A model generated the notes under the pieces. It was not told the origin of the DNA, did not search any database, and saw only the letters and a program-made list of their open reading frames with translations. Below, piece by piece: positions 12,630 through 26,719 of a DNA stretch of 64,000 bases. Origin of the DNA: Octopus sinensis. Lineage: Eukaryota. The translations under genes and the position numbers were made by a program. Location: NCBI RefSeq assembly GCF_006345805.1, contig NC_043015.1, forward strand, positions 16,182,001 through 16,246,000, written 5' to 3'. The number at the start of each line of letters is the position of its first letter. Positions within the stretch are counted from its first letter, which is position 1.

Positions 12630-12720
12630 GTGGTAGACGTGTTTCAAGCTTTATAAACCATCCATTATTACATCAGTGTATTATTGATATAAAAGATGGT
12701 TTAAAGCTCTCTTCAGCTGC
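12630..12720 (-). ncRNA. Decayed type I hammerhead ribozyme motif (Penelope pLTR-type), probably inactive
   Basis: GCAG-CTGAAGA-GAGCTTT...AAAGCTT-GAAAC-ACGT-CTA-CCAC. Same family as 49132-49222, but stems I and III are mutated. Confidence 0.6.
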
Positions 12721-12899
12721 AAACATTGTTAGTCCAAAGAATGTCCAACCCATGCCAGCATGGGCAACAGACAATAAATGGTGATGATGATGATGATGAT
12801 ATATATATATATGTATGTATGTATGTGTAATAGTTGTGGTAGTAGAAGTGTTCTTTCTGTTCTGTGTCGGAGTTACCAATTGTAACAGTTTATGGATCT

Positions 12900-14650
<1,751 letters not shown>

Positions 14651-15324
14651 ATACCCAACGTATGGAGTTTTTGCTCAATATGATACTCCAGTAGCTGAGA
14701 TATCTTAGAAACAGCTGTCAGAAACTATCTTTACCATTTTGTACTATTTCTACCATTTGTTATGTAACTAAATTTTAAAATGAATTAAATGAAAATTAAA
14801 TATTCTTGTCCCAGAAGTAAATTATTATACAGGCAAGTACTGTAAGAGCTCTCAGGTATAGTCCAGATTCTACTAAACCACATCAAGTAGTAAGAAGCAT
14901 CAAGGATCACTGAGGGTGAGCAATCCCAATGTAATACTTCTGATGGTAAGTCCAGGTTTGCTTTGCTGGATTACAAATATTTTCAGGAGTGTAAATCCAA
15001 AACCTAGCTACCTCAGATTATTATTTGTTCCAATCCATGTCTTACTTCCTGTGCTTGTGATGCTTCATCAACCAAGAGGTGGTGAAAGCTTCCGGGAAGG
15101 AGTCCTTCACCTTGAAAGACAAGAACTGCTATCGCATGGGATCAAAGAACTAGCAAGAAAGGTAGGTTCAGACAGTGCAACATGATGGCCTCTACTTTGA
15201 ATGCTCACCTACTTCTGATGTAACTTCACAGATAAAGTAAACAAGTTATCAAAATATTGCAAATCTTTTAACTCAGCACAATATATATGACAAACTTCTT
15301 TCAGATTCCATCTAACAAATCTAT

Positions 15325-15433
15325 TTACAAGGCTTTGGTTGACCCAAGACTATAGCAAGGCGCCATACAGTGGAACTGAACCCAGAAACCTTTTGGTTGG
15401 GAAGCAAACTTCATACCATACAGCCATACCTAC
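15325..15433 (-). mobile_element. SINE family A 5' fragment
   Basis: Reverse complement reads aggtatggctgtatggtatgaagtttgcttccc..gggttcagttccactgtatggcgccttg. Confidence 0.65.
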
Positions 15434-16282
15434 ACATACTTTTAATTACTGTTATTGTTTTTATTATAAAGCCAAAACAATGCAAGCTATAAGAAATAAT
15501 ACAGGTTTGTTAGCAGGAATATTTGGCAGTCATAGAACACCTAGATATCAAAGTCTTATCATTGTGTCCGATACAAAAATAATTAAAGAACATGAATGTG
15601 ATTCACTCAAATGTTGCTGGCATCATCAAAACATTAACCATTCAAAACTTTTGGTTGATCAGGATTAAATCTTTGGTGCACTTTTTCTGACCAAGAACAG
15701 CAACTATATATTTAGTGCATTTTAGCAAAAAGCAGACCAGAGCTGTGTCTCGCACCAAGACAAAGGTTAATAACAATGACAATGTTGGTAGCAATGGCAG
15801 CAACACAACCTAACTCCATGAAAGACACAATGTCATATTATACCTGATTCAACAGCCTATTGTATAAGTCTTGAACTATCTTATTTGTGTAAACATCTTT
15901 CCTTTGTCATTCAACATTTAGTTGTTAATGATAAGAATAAATATTTTTGCATTTAATATCTCAACAGCATTTGTGTTCATTCAATTACCAAATCACAACA
16001 CACTTCATACACACACATAAACACTGATGGCTTGTACTTTTATTTTGTATTTCAATATTTGAGGCTTAGGACTCCTTCAGAAAATCTTCAGACAAATGAT
16101 GTGATCTGTCTTAACACTGAAATATTGAAATAGAAGAGAGAAGTACAAACCACTGACTTGTATTCTTTCTTATAATTTGTATTGTTTTGACTTTATAATA
16201 AAAATTTCAAACATTTATATATTAGACAAAGCTTTATGCAGTCTATACTACAGTGCGTGTGTGTGTGTGTGTCAACCTTTCT

Positions 16283-16331
<49 letters not shown>

Positions 16332-16335
<4 letters not shown>

Positions 16336-17570
16336 GGTGTTTAGAAAGTAATTGTGTTTTTTATACCACTATGGAATATGAATGAACTAATCATGTCAGA
16401 GCTAAGTTTGAATGGGTGGGAACTGTCTAGAAATAGCATATCATCTCTTCTATCCAGTAGTGAGTCATTCATAGTTATTTTGGTAATTAAGCCCATGGAG
16501 AAAAAGAATTTTACAAAGCAACATATTTGCCATTGCTTACTGTATGAGTTTCGAAAGAAAAGTACTGCTACAGAGGCAATGAAAAACATTTGTGAATTGT
16601 ATCATAATGCAGTGAAAGTTCATACATGCCAGCTGTGGTCTAAAAGCTTTAAAGATTGTGACATATCAGGAAGATGACTCACTCTGAATGATGACATTTT
16701 GAATGAGACTCTTTTTTTGAAAACTTGTCAAAGCACCAGAGATTTAGCACTAAAATTTAATGTGTCATGTTCAACTACCCAAGAACATCTCAAGCAAATT
16801 GGGAAAACATGCAAAGAGGGAATTTGGGTTCTATATGAGCTTATGCTTGAAAACCGAACACAACATTCCACTATCTGCAGCTGTCTTCTAATCAAAATAA
16901 CAACCTGTCTTTCTGAAGCACATATATTACTGGTGATGAAAAATGGTTTTGCACAACAGAAAACGAAAAAAACAATGGTTATTATGCTATGAGAAGCCAG
17001 TGCCAACACCAAAACCAGAATTTCATCCACAAAAATCTTTGCACTGTGCTTGGTACAACATAAAAGGTATCATCCATTATGAGCTACTAGAACATTAAGG
17101 ACCATCAATGTAGACATCTATTACCAACAACTTGATTGTATATATGAAAAATTGCATCAAAAGTGGTCAGCTTTGGTAAGCAGAAAAGGTGTTATTCTCC
17201 ACTATGACACTGCATGGCCACATTCTTCAAAACAAACCCAAGAAAAAAATAAGATCTTTAGGATGGGAGGTTCTTCCACATCCTCCATATTCACCTGACT
17301 TAACACCTACAGATTTCCATCTGTTCTGATCACTAGAACATTTTATAAGAAAAGAGACGAAGTTGAAAACAGCCTTTCAGCCTTTTTTTTTTTTAAGGAA
17401 GAGAAATAAGTTTCTTTGAAAGTGGCATAAAGAAAGTTACTTTTCTGTTGGGCTGCAGTCATTGAAAATGATAGTGATTACATTCTTGATTAAAACTATT
17501 CAGCTAAATGTAGTTTATTTTTGTGTTTATATACTTTCTGCTAAAATGCAATTACTTTCCAAACACATAA
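16332..17570 (+). mobile_element. Full-length but inactivated mariner (Hsmar1/cecropia-like TIRs)
   Basis: TIR ttagggtgtttagaaagtaattg / caattactttccaaacacataa, flanked by TA. Transposase pieces include HCLLYEF, TGDEKW, HYELL and HPPYSPDL.PTDFHLF, with many frameshifts. Confidence 0.85.
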
Positions 17571-17861
17571 TATATATAACCTACATACACACATGTACAT
17601 ACTTAAATAATAAATATACATACACATACAAACATAAATGTATGCGTGTACATACACACTAGTAAAAGCTAATCTACAGATGAAGACAAAACATAGAAAC
17701 ATAACTTTTCTAACTTCAAAATATAAGAGGATGGTGAAGAAGGCAGACTAGTAAATGTTAGGCTCAATATATGCTAGTACATAAAAATACATGGAGACAC
17801 ACAGACAGACATACATATAGAAATGAAATGATAACAGCAACATGTATGTTTATGTGTGTGA

Positions 17862-18083
17862 AGCAGGAATGTTTGGCAGAATCCTAAACACTAACTTCCT
17901 ACCTAGGAATTGAACCTGAGTCAAACTACGTTCAAATGACCAAGATTTTGTTATGGACTGATTGGTCAGTTGTTTGCTGACAGCATCAATCTCTCACAAA
18001 GTCTTGGTCATTTAAACAGTTTGAGTCAGGTTCAATTCCTAGGTAGTGAGTTGACAATTATGATTCTGCCAAATATTCCTGCT
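17862..18083. repeat. Palindromic MITE-like element
   Basis: Arms agcaggaatgtttggcagaatc..acctaggaattgaacctgagtcaaact..tgaccaaga and their reverse complement. Confidence 0.75.
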
Positions 18084-18299
18084 ACATACACATAGATACA
18101 TAAACAAGTAGTACACTTATGTGGAATCACATCAAAATACCATATAGTTACAGTAAAAATTCCATACAGCATACTCAGTGCAAAATATGGGTACATTAGA
18201 GGCACAGTGTAATTTCAGAAGAGTTAACAGGGAAAGTAGACTTTGTGATTGATGTTTAGGTGCAATAAACACTAACAGCATACGGAAAATAGATTTTCT

Positions 18300-18500
18300 A
18301 AAAATCTCTGTAGAATCTTTATATTTGTTGAGAGAAAACTGTGCCGGTTTGGTCATGAGATACAGATGTATAAAGAAAAGTTGATTGCTAGACATGGATG
18401 GAACCTGCAGAAAATGGAGACCAAGGATGATGTTGGATGAAGTAGTGAAGATCAAATTTAAAATATTGAGCTTGAGAGAGGAGATGAGAAAGGACCAGAA
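18300..18500 (+). mobile_element. RTE RT C-terminal fragment
   Basis: RKLCRFGHE..M...GTCRK.RPRMMLDEVVK resembles the RTE LRWFGHV.RM...GRPR motif. Confidence 0.4.
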
Positions 18501-19429
18501 AGAGTGGTGATATGCTGTGCTAGATATAACCTGTCCATCTCAGCAAAAATGAAATCCTGTCAAATCTAGCAGCAGTACAAAGCACTTAGTTTCTGTAAAG
18601 GATGCTATCGTCCCCCTACACTTCACATTATTACCTTGTTATTTTCCCTTATCATCTTCTCCCCCTCTTTGACCTACTAATATTTGCTTCCCTTCTTCAC
18701 CAAACTGGATATTCAATGTCCACATCAATCCCCATGTGTAACCATATCACACTTCAGTTCAATTACCTGTGCACTCACCCTCTCTGTTCCTCTATCTCTA
18801 TTTTCCCTCTCATGTTTACCTTGTCAAATGCTTAAAATAAAAAATATTGAGGAATTAAAGAAACAAGCCAGTAACAGTGATAATTTTGTTCTTTATTTTG
18901 ACTGAATATACAAGCAAATTTAGTAGGAAAGGAAGTATAGAGGATTCCAGGGTATAAAATGTACTTATGTAAATGTTAAACTACATCTAACACCATGTTT
19001 TCTTTTTTTTAACACAAATCTATTATAAAAAAAAACATATATAGTTCATAGGCTTAAAAGTGGTTCAGTAAATAATTTTATACCACTTTCATGGCTTTCT
19101 TTATTCTAAAAAGTATCTTTCACTTTATTCTCACAACCAGAGTGCAACTGGATTTGGTTAGTTAAAGTGTTCATTGATATTTCGTATTGAAATTAGAGTA
19201 ACAGTTAGTTTTGGTTTAACAGGTTTATATGCATATTTTCAGTTAGGTTTGACCTGTGGTTAAGTTACTACAGGTAAAACAATACAAAGAGAAAGCAGCA
19301 TGATCAATTGCTCAAATATATTGTTATGAAATAAATAATAATTAAAAGAATGTTTAGATTTGCTTACAACTTGAATAGATAACAATTTAATTTTTCAAAC
19401 ATATAGAACACTGTATATTTCAATAAAAT

Positions 19430-19465
19430 TTTATTAGATCTACAAGTAAAGAAATAGTATTTATT
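19430..19465 (-). terminator. Candidate ZNFX1 polyadenylation signals (two AATAAA)
   Basis: tttatt on + at 19460-19465 and 19430-19435, just 3' of the stop. The context is AT-rich, so use is not proven. Confidence 0.45.
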
Positions 19466-19478
19466 GAACAAAATCTTT

Positions 19479-19660
19479 TTACTGAATCAAATTCAAATTA
19501 GCAGCATCAGACCAAGCAGGGTGTTCTGCACCATCCATTTCATCAGCCAATGTATTACTTCCTAATAACTGATGAGACGTTCCTCCTATCTCGCATTTAC
19601 ACTCAGGACAAATGCTTGTCACTACAGCACCTCCACAATCTCCAATAGCATAAATATGAC
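19479..19660 (-). CDS. ZNFX1: ZNFX1 last coding exon completing the C-terminal RZ-type zinc finger
   Basis: Acceptor TTTTGTTTCAG ends at 19661 and the phase matches the upstream donor. The splice gives GHWFKCQN-G-HIYAIGDCGGAVVTSICPECKCEIGGTSHQL...PAWSDAANLNLIQ*, the canonical ZNFX1/RNF213 RZ pattern. Stop TAA at 19481-19479. Confidence 0.93.
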
Positions 19661-20838
19661 CTGAAACAAAACTATTTATGTTAATAGAGGTATAAGAGAT
19701 AAATAACAAGATTAAGAAGTTTCTTTAGTGAAAATTGTAAAGATATGAAATAACTGTAAAAGAAACACTAGGTTTGCTGATATTCTGAAATTGCTTTTTC
19801 CCTTCTTTTTTTGACAGGAATAGCAGTCAAATCTCCCTCATATATCACCCCACTGCCTTGAAAAGAAAAGTGGTGTCAGTGGATAATGAAGGGATGGTCA
19901 TGATGGAGAGCATCTAATTTGGTTTGCTAGATCAAAGCTATCCTAGGGATAAACAACAATAAGAACATTCAGCATAAAGATGTTGGAGTGTTGACCAGTT
20001 AGCTAATTTGAAGGACAAGGTTTGGGAAGGTGCTATTGTTCAACAGGACAATGATTTTCAAAATGACAAATACCAGTCACCATCTCAAATATTAATGTAA
20101 TTTTTGCTCAACCTTATTAATGAAATGAAAAAATAGCTTGCATTCGTGTGATTCTTTTTTATTTTTCGAGCTTTTAGAAATGCTAAAACACTTGAAACTT
20201 AATTTTATTACACATGACAATTTCTCCACCACCATTTGAAATTTCACAGCTTCCATCCCACCATGAGAAGACTTCAAAACATTATATGTTGCCTTAAGCA
20301 GTAATCAAGCAATTCATTGGACATAGAAGAGATTAATATTGGGTAAGTGGTGGGTTTGGAATTGAGAGATGAAGGATATTTGAAATGGTAGAGTGAGTGT
20401 GTGTTAAGAATACATATAGATGTAGCTTCAAACTGGTAGAAAATAAGAAGTTATTTCAGCTCTTTTCAAACAGCTATGATGTCATGGGAGTACAAAAACC
20501 AAGACTTTATATTATCTACAACAATGATTTCAAATGAGAGAACTACATATATGGTTGCTCAACTTGTTAGATACAGTTACCAAATTTCTCCTTATTTCCT
20601 TAAAAAAGAGAAAAACACATTGGATAATTTAGTCTCATTATTAGATGCTGTGGGCATCATATGGATTCCAACAGGGGTACATGAATGGGAAATCACAAGG
20701 ACATTACATTAACTGAATATTGAAAGTGTCAGAATGTGTTATATCAAAAGTAATGGAAGTAAAGATAAACTCTGTGAGATTTTACTATCGCAATTAAAAT
20801 GAATTATTTACAAACAAGTTATTTTCACATTTACTTAC

Positions 20839-23800
20839 CATTTTGACATTTAAACCAATGTCCTTTAGGAAGTTGCAAAGCTTGAACAATTTCAATTCTT
20901 TCCTTCTCAGAAATCTTCAAACCGGGCTTTAAAGTTTCTATTTTATTCATGATTGTTTCAATTTTTGATTGCTTTTCTTCTGAATAAAATCCTTCCAAAT
21001 AAGTGGATGCTTCTTTTAACAAACTAGAAATATCAGACATGCCTTGTGTATAAGTCTTCAAATCTTCTATGTTTTCAAGTTCTTGAAGACGTTGCACTTC
21101 TAAACTTGCTTCCTTCAGCTCTTGAGCAGTAAATCTAGCTTTATGATTTACAAACCATTCAACCAAATATTGAATATCTATTGTACTCAGTTTAGACAAA
21201 ACTTCTAAATATTGAGCCTTAGTTTTCATAGAGTTAAAATGTTCCTTACTTATTATGCTCCCAATATGAAAATGTCCTTTTAACTTTCTTAAATCTCTAA
21301 TATGATTTGGATTTGAATCTATATAAGATTTTAATGTAGAAACTTCTCTAGGATCAGCATTCAGTTTTTCTTTTACTTTTTCGATGTCTTGTAAGGTCTT
21401 ATTGATAAGATTTCCATATCTATGATTACGCCTGATTGGAGTTTTACACTTTGGGCACAATTTTAGTTGAATTTCAGAATTATTCAAATCAACTTCCATC
21501 CAATTATCCAAGCCAGTTACTTCAAAAATGTGTTTGCAATCTTCAAGTTGAACAAAACGAGCATCATTTTCATCTTCATTGCCAAAAAATATTTCTTTAA
21601 GCTCAACTTCATTACAAGTTGAGCACAATTCAGGGCACTGTTCTCCACAAAGACCAGCACACTGGTGATTACAGTCAAGTAATTTTTTGCAAGGTGCATT
21701 ACATGCTGGACGATCACAGGGTTCGTGACATAACTTACTGCATTTGTAATGCTTACACTCCCACTGACAAGGCTCAACACACTGCTTACAAGGTTCACCA
21801 CATTTCATTTTACATTTATTGTGTAGACATCGGTTTTCACAAGGCCTTTCACAAGGTATACAAGAAGAACAATCTTTACTTTGACATTTATGACCACAGA
21901 TTAAAATTCTGTCACATCCTTCCTTACATGGCTTGTGAATATGAATTCCACGACACTCAAAACAGTATCCCTTACAAAAATGGCCACAGTCGAGAAGTTC
22001 TTTACAAATTACAAAACATTTTTCCTTTTGATAGCACTCTATATTTGAAGTATGACCACAAGGACAAGTGTTTTCAATGATTTGAAGACATTTACTCAAA
22101 CAATTTTCTCCACATGTATTTAAACATTTATGACCACAAGGAAGTTCTAATGGACATGGCTCCTGGCAAATAAATGTAACAGGATCTCTGGAACAAAACA
22201 TTTCCTGATGATGAGAGCAATATGGCATTACTTTTGTAACTTCCGTTATGCATGGTGTACAACGTTCGGAGCAGCTTCTTAAACATGGATGATTACAATC
22301 AGGGAGAGTTTTGACACATTGTTTTTTACAGATATATTTGGTATGTTCCTTATCATAAGGATGACACAGTAATGCACAAGTGTGTCCACAATCTAGACGT
22401 GCTTCACATGGTTTTAAACATCCACCTTCTGGTGCCTTACAAAAGTCTTCAAAAGATGTTACTTGAGCACATGTTTCAGGATGATTCTGACATTTCAATA
22501 TCATTGCATCAACAAGTATTTTCTTCTCCTCTAACGACAACAAAATTTCTGCCCAAAGTGGACTGTTTGTAGCAAGAAGCTTAAAATTTCCAATGACATA
22601 TAAGCCTTTCTTTGCTCTTGATAATGCAACACATACTCTGTTATCAATTTTTAGATATCCAACTGAATTAAGCTCATTACTTCTGACTAAAGACAATAAA
22701 ATTATGTCATTTTCTTCTCCTTGATAATTGTCAACGATGGTTACTCTGACACCATCACATAGTCGCTCAGTTTTAATCAATTTCTTTATAGAAAACAACT
22801 GTCCTGAATATGTTGTCAGTATAGTGATTTGTGAGCTTTCATAACCTTGTTTTCGTAAATAACAACATAATCCAGTGATAAATGATGCCTCATATGGATT
22901 GTGTTTACTTGTCCCAAATCTAACTTCATTTTCTGGCTGATTGTGATTAATAAAATATATATTTTTACTAATTCCATGGATATTATCATACAGTTTCACT
23001 GAATGGTGATTTTTTAACTCTGGATAAATTGGATGAACCAGTTCTGCAATTTCAGGCCGCATGCGATGTTGAAAGTTAAGGCATTTCACTTCGATGTCAT
23101 TATTAAACATGCGTTCAAAGAGAGAAATTTCCAAATTGTAGTGTTTTGCAAGTTTATAGACATTTGTAGATGGTTGCAGTTGTTTGTGATCACCAATAAG
23201 AATAAGTTGTTCACACTTGCAATTTAAGCTTGTTATAATATGAGCCTCAAGAATTTCTGCTGCTTCCTCTACAATTATAATTCGTGGCTGGATTTCTTGA
23301 AGAATTGCTCGATATCTAGCAGCACCTGTAGTCGTCATTCCAATGATTAAAGAATTCTGAAAGATGATTTTGTCTTCTTCATATCTCAGCTCTTCCAATC
23401 TCTTTGCAGCCATGTTGTACTCTGTTGTTAATTCAAAAATGTCTTCTAATAATTTTGAAGAATAGAGAGATACCCAATAACGATAAAGGCACCAACGTTT
23501 GGAAACAGGCATTATCCACAAATCAATATAACTGATTGAATCAATTTCTTCAACAGACATTATCTCTGTAGATTTTAATTCCATTTTGAATCTCTTTTGC
23601 AATTTTTTCTTATCTTTTGCTGTTCTTTCAAATCCATCTGTATTGTTTAAATTATCACTTTCTTTTGTTTCATCAGAGACAGGATTTCTTTTACATTTTG
23701 CTTGACTTAAATCTTCAATATCTGTATCAAGCATACGATTATTTTGAAGAAATTCAACATCAGAGTCATCAATAACTTCATCATTATGAGCTACTCTTTC

Positions 23801-25936
23801 AAAGCTATTTTCTTCTTCAACTGTGACATTTTGAAAACCTAACCATTCCTCCATCATATAATTACTTCCAACCATGTTCTTTTGAAAACTTTCTGTCAAC
23901 AAATTATAAAAGTGACGCATGTATGGCCGAAGTATTTCAATAGGAATGATTTTATGCTTTAAAGTCTGAAAACAAATAGTTTTGTCTTCAATTTGATGCC
24001 CAAGTGCAGTTATTTCAGTATATACATGTTCTCTGTTTGTCTGCAGTTCTCTAGTCCTTGGAAATCCATTGTCTAATTTTACTTGATGCAGAGAATATTT
24101 TTTAAGAATTTCACTAGAGCTTCGTCCTCCAACTCGAACAATACCTCCATCTAAAAACTTATCAATACCTTCAAGAAACTGATCCAAAGAATGGTTTGTG
24201 TAACATACAATCAGCATTGGCTTGCCACACCATTTCTCATAGTTGCTACAGAGAACCTTGACTGTCTGAAGACCAATATAAGTCTTTCCTGTACCTGGTG
24301 GACCTTGTGTAAGAGAGAATTCTTTGGATAAAATATTGGAAAATGCACTTAACTGAGAATCATTGAAATTCAGTGACACTGCTTCTGGCCAGCTGTTACC
24401 TAGAACATCAACCTTAATGGCAGTTGAAGAGGTTCTCTGAACTTTAACAGTTTTGGTGGAATAATCATAAACAAGTTTGGATTTATCAGTGAGACAAGAT
24501 AAATCAAAGACAGGGCTACAAGCTGTCAAATATTTTGGAGCCTTCACATTTTTATCAGCATATAAAATATAATCCTTGAAAGGTAAATCACAAGAAACAA
24601 TTTCCTTTAAACCCATCAAAATAGGTCGATATCCTTCATAAAAAGCTTTTGATTCAACCATAACAAATTGCTTATTTATCACCATATTCAATTTAACATC
24701 AGGAAAGAAGTTCACTGTAACAATTCCTTGCTGCAATTCTTCTGAATTCCTATCAGAAACAGTAGCATAGTAAGTAGTTATGAAATTGTCTTCAGACAAA
24801 CAGAGAAGTGACCCAAATATAAATCTTTTATTCTGTTCCCAATTGATATTTGAGAATTTAGAAACATCAAATAATACTTTATATTGAACGCCATTCTTAG
24901 TTGTTACCCAATCTATAACATATACTTTATGATAAATATAAAAGTCATCATTTTTTTTATCATTCAGTATTTTCTTATCACCAATGAATAAAGCTAAGCC
25001 ATTACGTAATGGACCAACAAAATCTTCGCGTAACAAACGGAACTGTACGTCCAGATAATGGTCAAGATTTTCATAAGCACCTTTTTTTATATTTTTATGG
25101 AGGATAGGTTTCTTATTTGAAATAATCTCTCCTACTGTGGGAATCAGTTTTAGATTCCTAAAATCATCCACAATACTATATGAAGAATCTGTTCTGCTCT
25201 GCCTGGATCTAGGTGCATGTTCAGAACTGATAGATTGTAAAAGATTTTGTAGTTCTTTCATTTTCAAATTAAGTTCTGAATCAGGATCTTGAACAGCAAT
25301 ATCTATAATGCCAACAGTTTGCATGACTTTTACATAATGGCTGGGAGTAAGTGTTAGAATTATTTTAAATATATTTAATATTTCAGTTAAGAAGTCTTTT
25401 TCTTTGTCATTTATGTCTCTTATGACAATAATTACATCATTGATATGATCAAAGAATGTGGAATACATCATTAGTGACAGATGTTTGTTGTTCATTTCCT
25501 TTAGTGTGAAAGATTTCAAACTTTGTCTCAAGACTTTCAAAAACAATGTTGTTGTGTGAAGATCAATTGGTTTATTGAGAAAGTATTTGAAGCATTCTTC
25601 ACAGGATCCCAACTGTAGACAAATACTGCTTGCATCCTTCTCAATCAGGTCTTGAAATAATTTCAAGTTTAAACAACATATTCTGTGTTTGGAACACACA
25701 ATGGATCTTGCAGATGTCTGACAACGATTTCTAAAATCAGGAAAATTTTTCAGTTTTGTTTTAAACTTTTCAGTTTTATGTTGCTTTCCACCAGAAGCAA
25801 TTGAATTTGATTGTAGACTTTTATGAAATCGTACTGCATTATCTTTCCCAGAACTATTTTGGTTTGATCCATTATAATTTGTTTTTGTTGATTGCTTTTT
25901 ATGAGGTCTTTTTGACCGTTTACCATTGTTGTCCAT
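20839..25936 (-). CDS. ZNFX1: ZNFX1 main coding exon (1699 codons + 1 nt): N-terminal region, SF1 UPF1-like helicase, NF-X1-type zinc fingers, RING-like Cys/His segment, start of RZ finger
   Basis: Uninterrupted ORF with Walker A QGPPGTGKT, Walker B IIVEEAAE, LIGDHKQL, QHRMRPEI, DNYQGEEND and RVCVALSRAK. It also carries the ZNFX1-typical YLDVQFRLLREDF motif, many CGHxC/CxHxC NF-X1 repeats and CKHIFE...CPKCKTPI. The ATG at 25936 sits 5 nt after the acceptor TTTCTTGCAG (AG at 25943-25942), with a CCTAAT branch-like site upstream. The exon ends AAT G|GTAAGT (donor at 20838, phase 1). Confidence 0.95.
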
Positions 25937-26254
25937 TATTCCTGCAAGAAAGACAGGTATACAATTAGGTAACACAATTTCAATGATTTTACAAATGTCG
26001 ACATTCTCCAAACAGTATTTAATTAACACCAGCATCCTATATATATATTAACATATCTTCATTCATTTTACATATCTTTACACATTGCTGTGGAAGTGTT
26101 TTACATTAGATGCCCTTCTAGTCATTAACTTTATCTGTTTTTCAAATCAAATGCAAGGAGCTAGCATAGAAGTTTCCAACAGAGAATGTCAGCAAACCTC
26201 ATATTTTGTAGCTCAATGGTTTTTCATTGGTAGCACTCAGTTGGTTATAACAAT

Positions 26255-26601
26255 TAGGCTTCCAGTTGATCCGATCAACAGAACAGCCTGCTTGTGAAAT
26301 TAATGTGCAAGTGGCTGAGCACTCACAAACACATATACCCTTAACGTAGCTCTTGGAAAGATTCAGCATGACACAGAGTGTGACAAGGCTGGCCCTCTGA
26401 AATACAGGTACAACAGAAACAGGAAGAAAGTGTGGGATAAAGCTGTGGTGAAAGAGTACAGCAGAGTTCACCACTACCCCTTGCCGGAGCTTTAGGTGTT
26501 TTTGATCAAAAAACAATCACAACGTCCGGTCTGGGAATTGAAACCCTGATCCTTCAACCGCAAGTCGACTGGTTTAACCACTGGGCCGTTGCACCTCCAC
26601 A
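26255..26601 (-). mobile_element. Chimeric tRNA-SINE: family C head and body plus family B tail
   Basis: The 5' half matches 41430-41610 (ggcccagtggtta..aacacctaaagctcc..ctgctgtactctttcaccaca). The 3' half matches 50350-50500 (gtatttca.agggccagccttgtcac..gctcagcca.ttgcac.ttaatttcac). Confidence 0.8.
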
Positions 26602-26719
26602 GCCTTTTATTACCAAGGACAGAATGTAAACATTCACAGATAAACAATTTTTAGACATAGATACATCCAGCTGACATACATTTCATTGCAGGCATCACAT
26701 TACACACATTACACACTGT

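Noticed and set aside
15090-15098. Isolated GAS site TTCCGGGAA (and IRF-like strings at 5681, 53868, 54638)
   Set aside because: Single motifs in or beside decayed repeats with no clustering. Recorded as the chance background for the 56.9-57.7 kb cluster.
21517-23227. Alternative-frame and antisense ORFs overlapping ZNFX1
   Set aside because: Shadows of a long coding exon with no recognisable domains.
25937-26035. 33-aa N-terminal extension of the 1734-aa ORF (MLVLIKY...)
   Set aside because: It lies upstream of a strong branch point, pyrimidine tract and AG acceptor, so it is most likely intronic.
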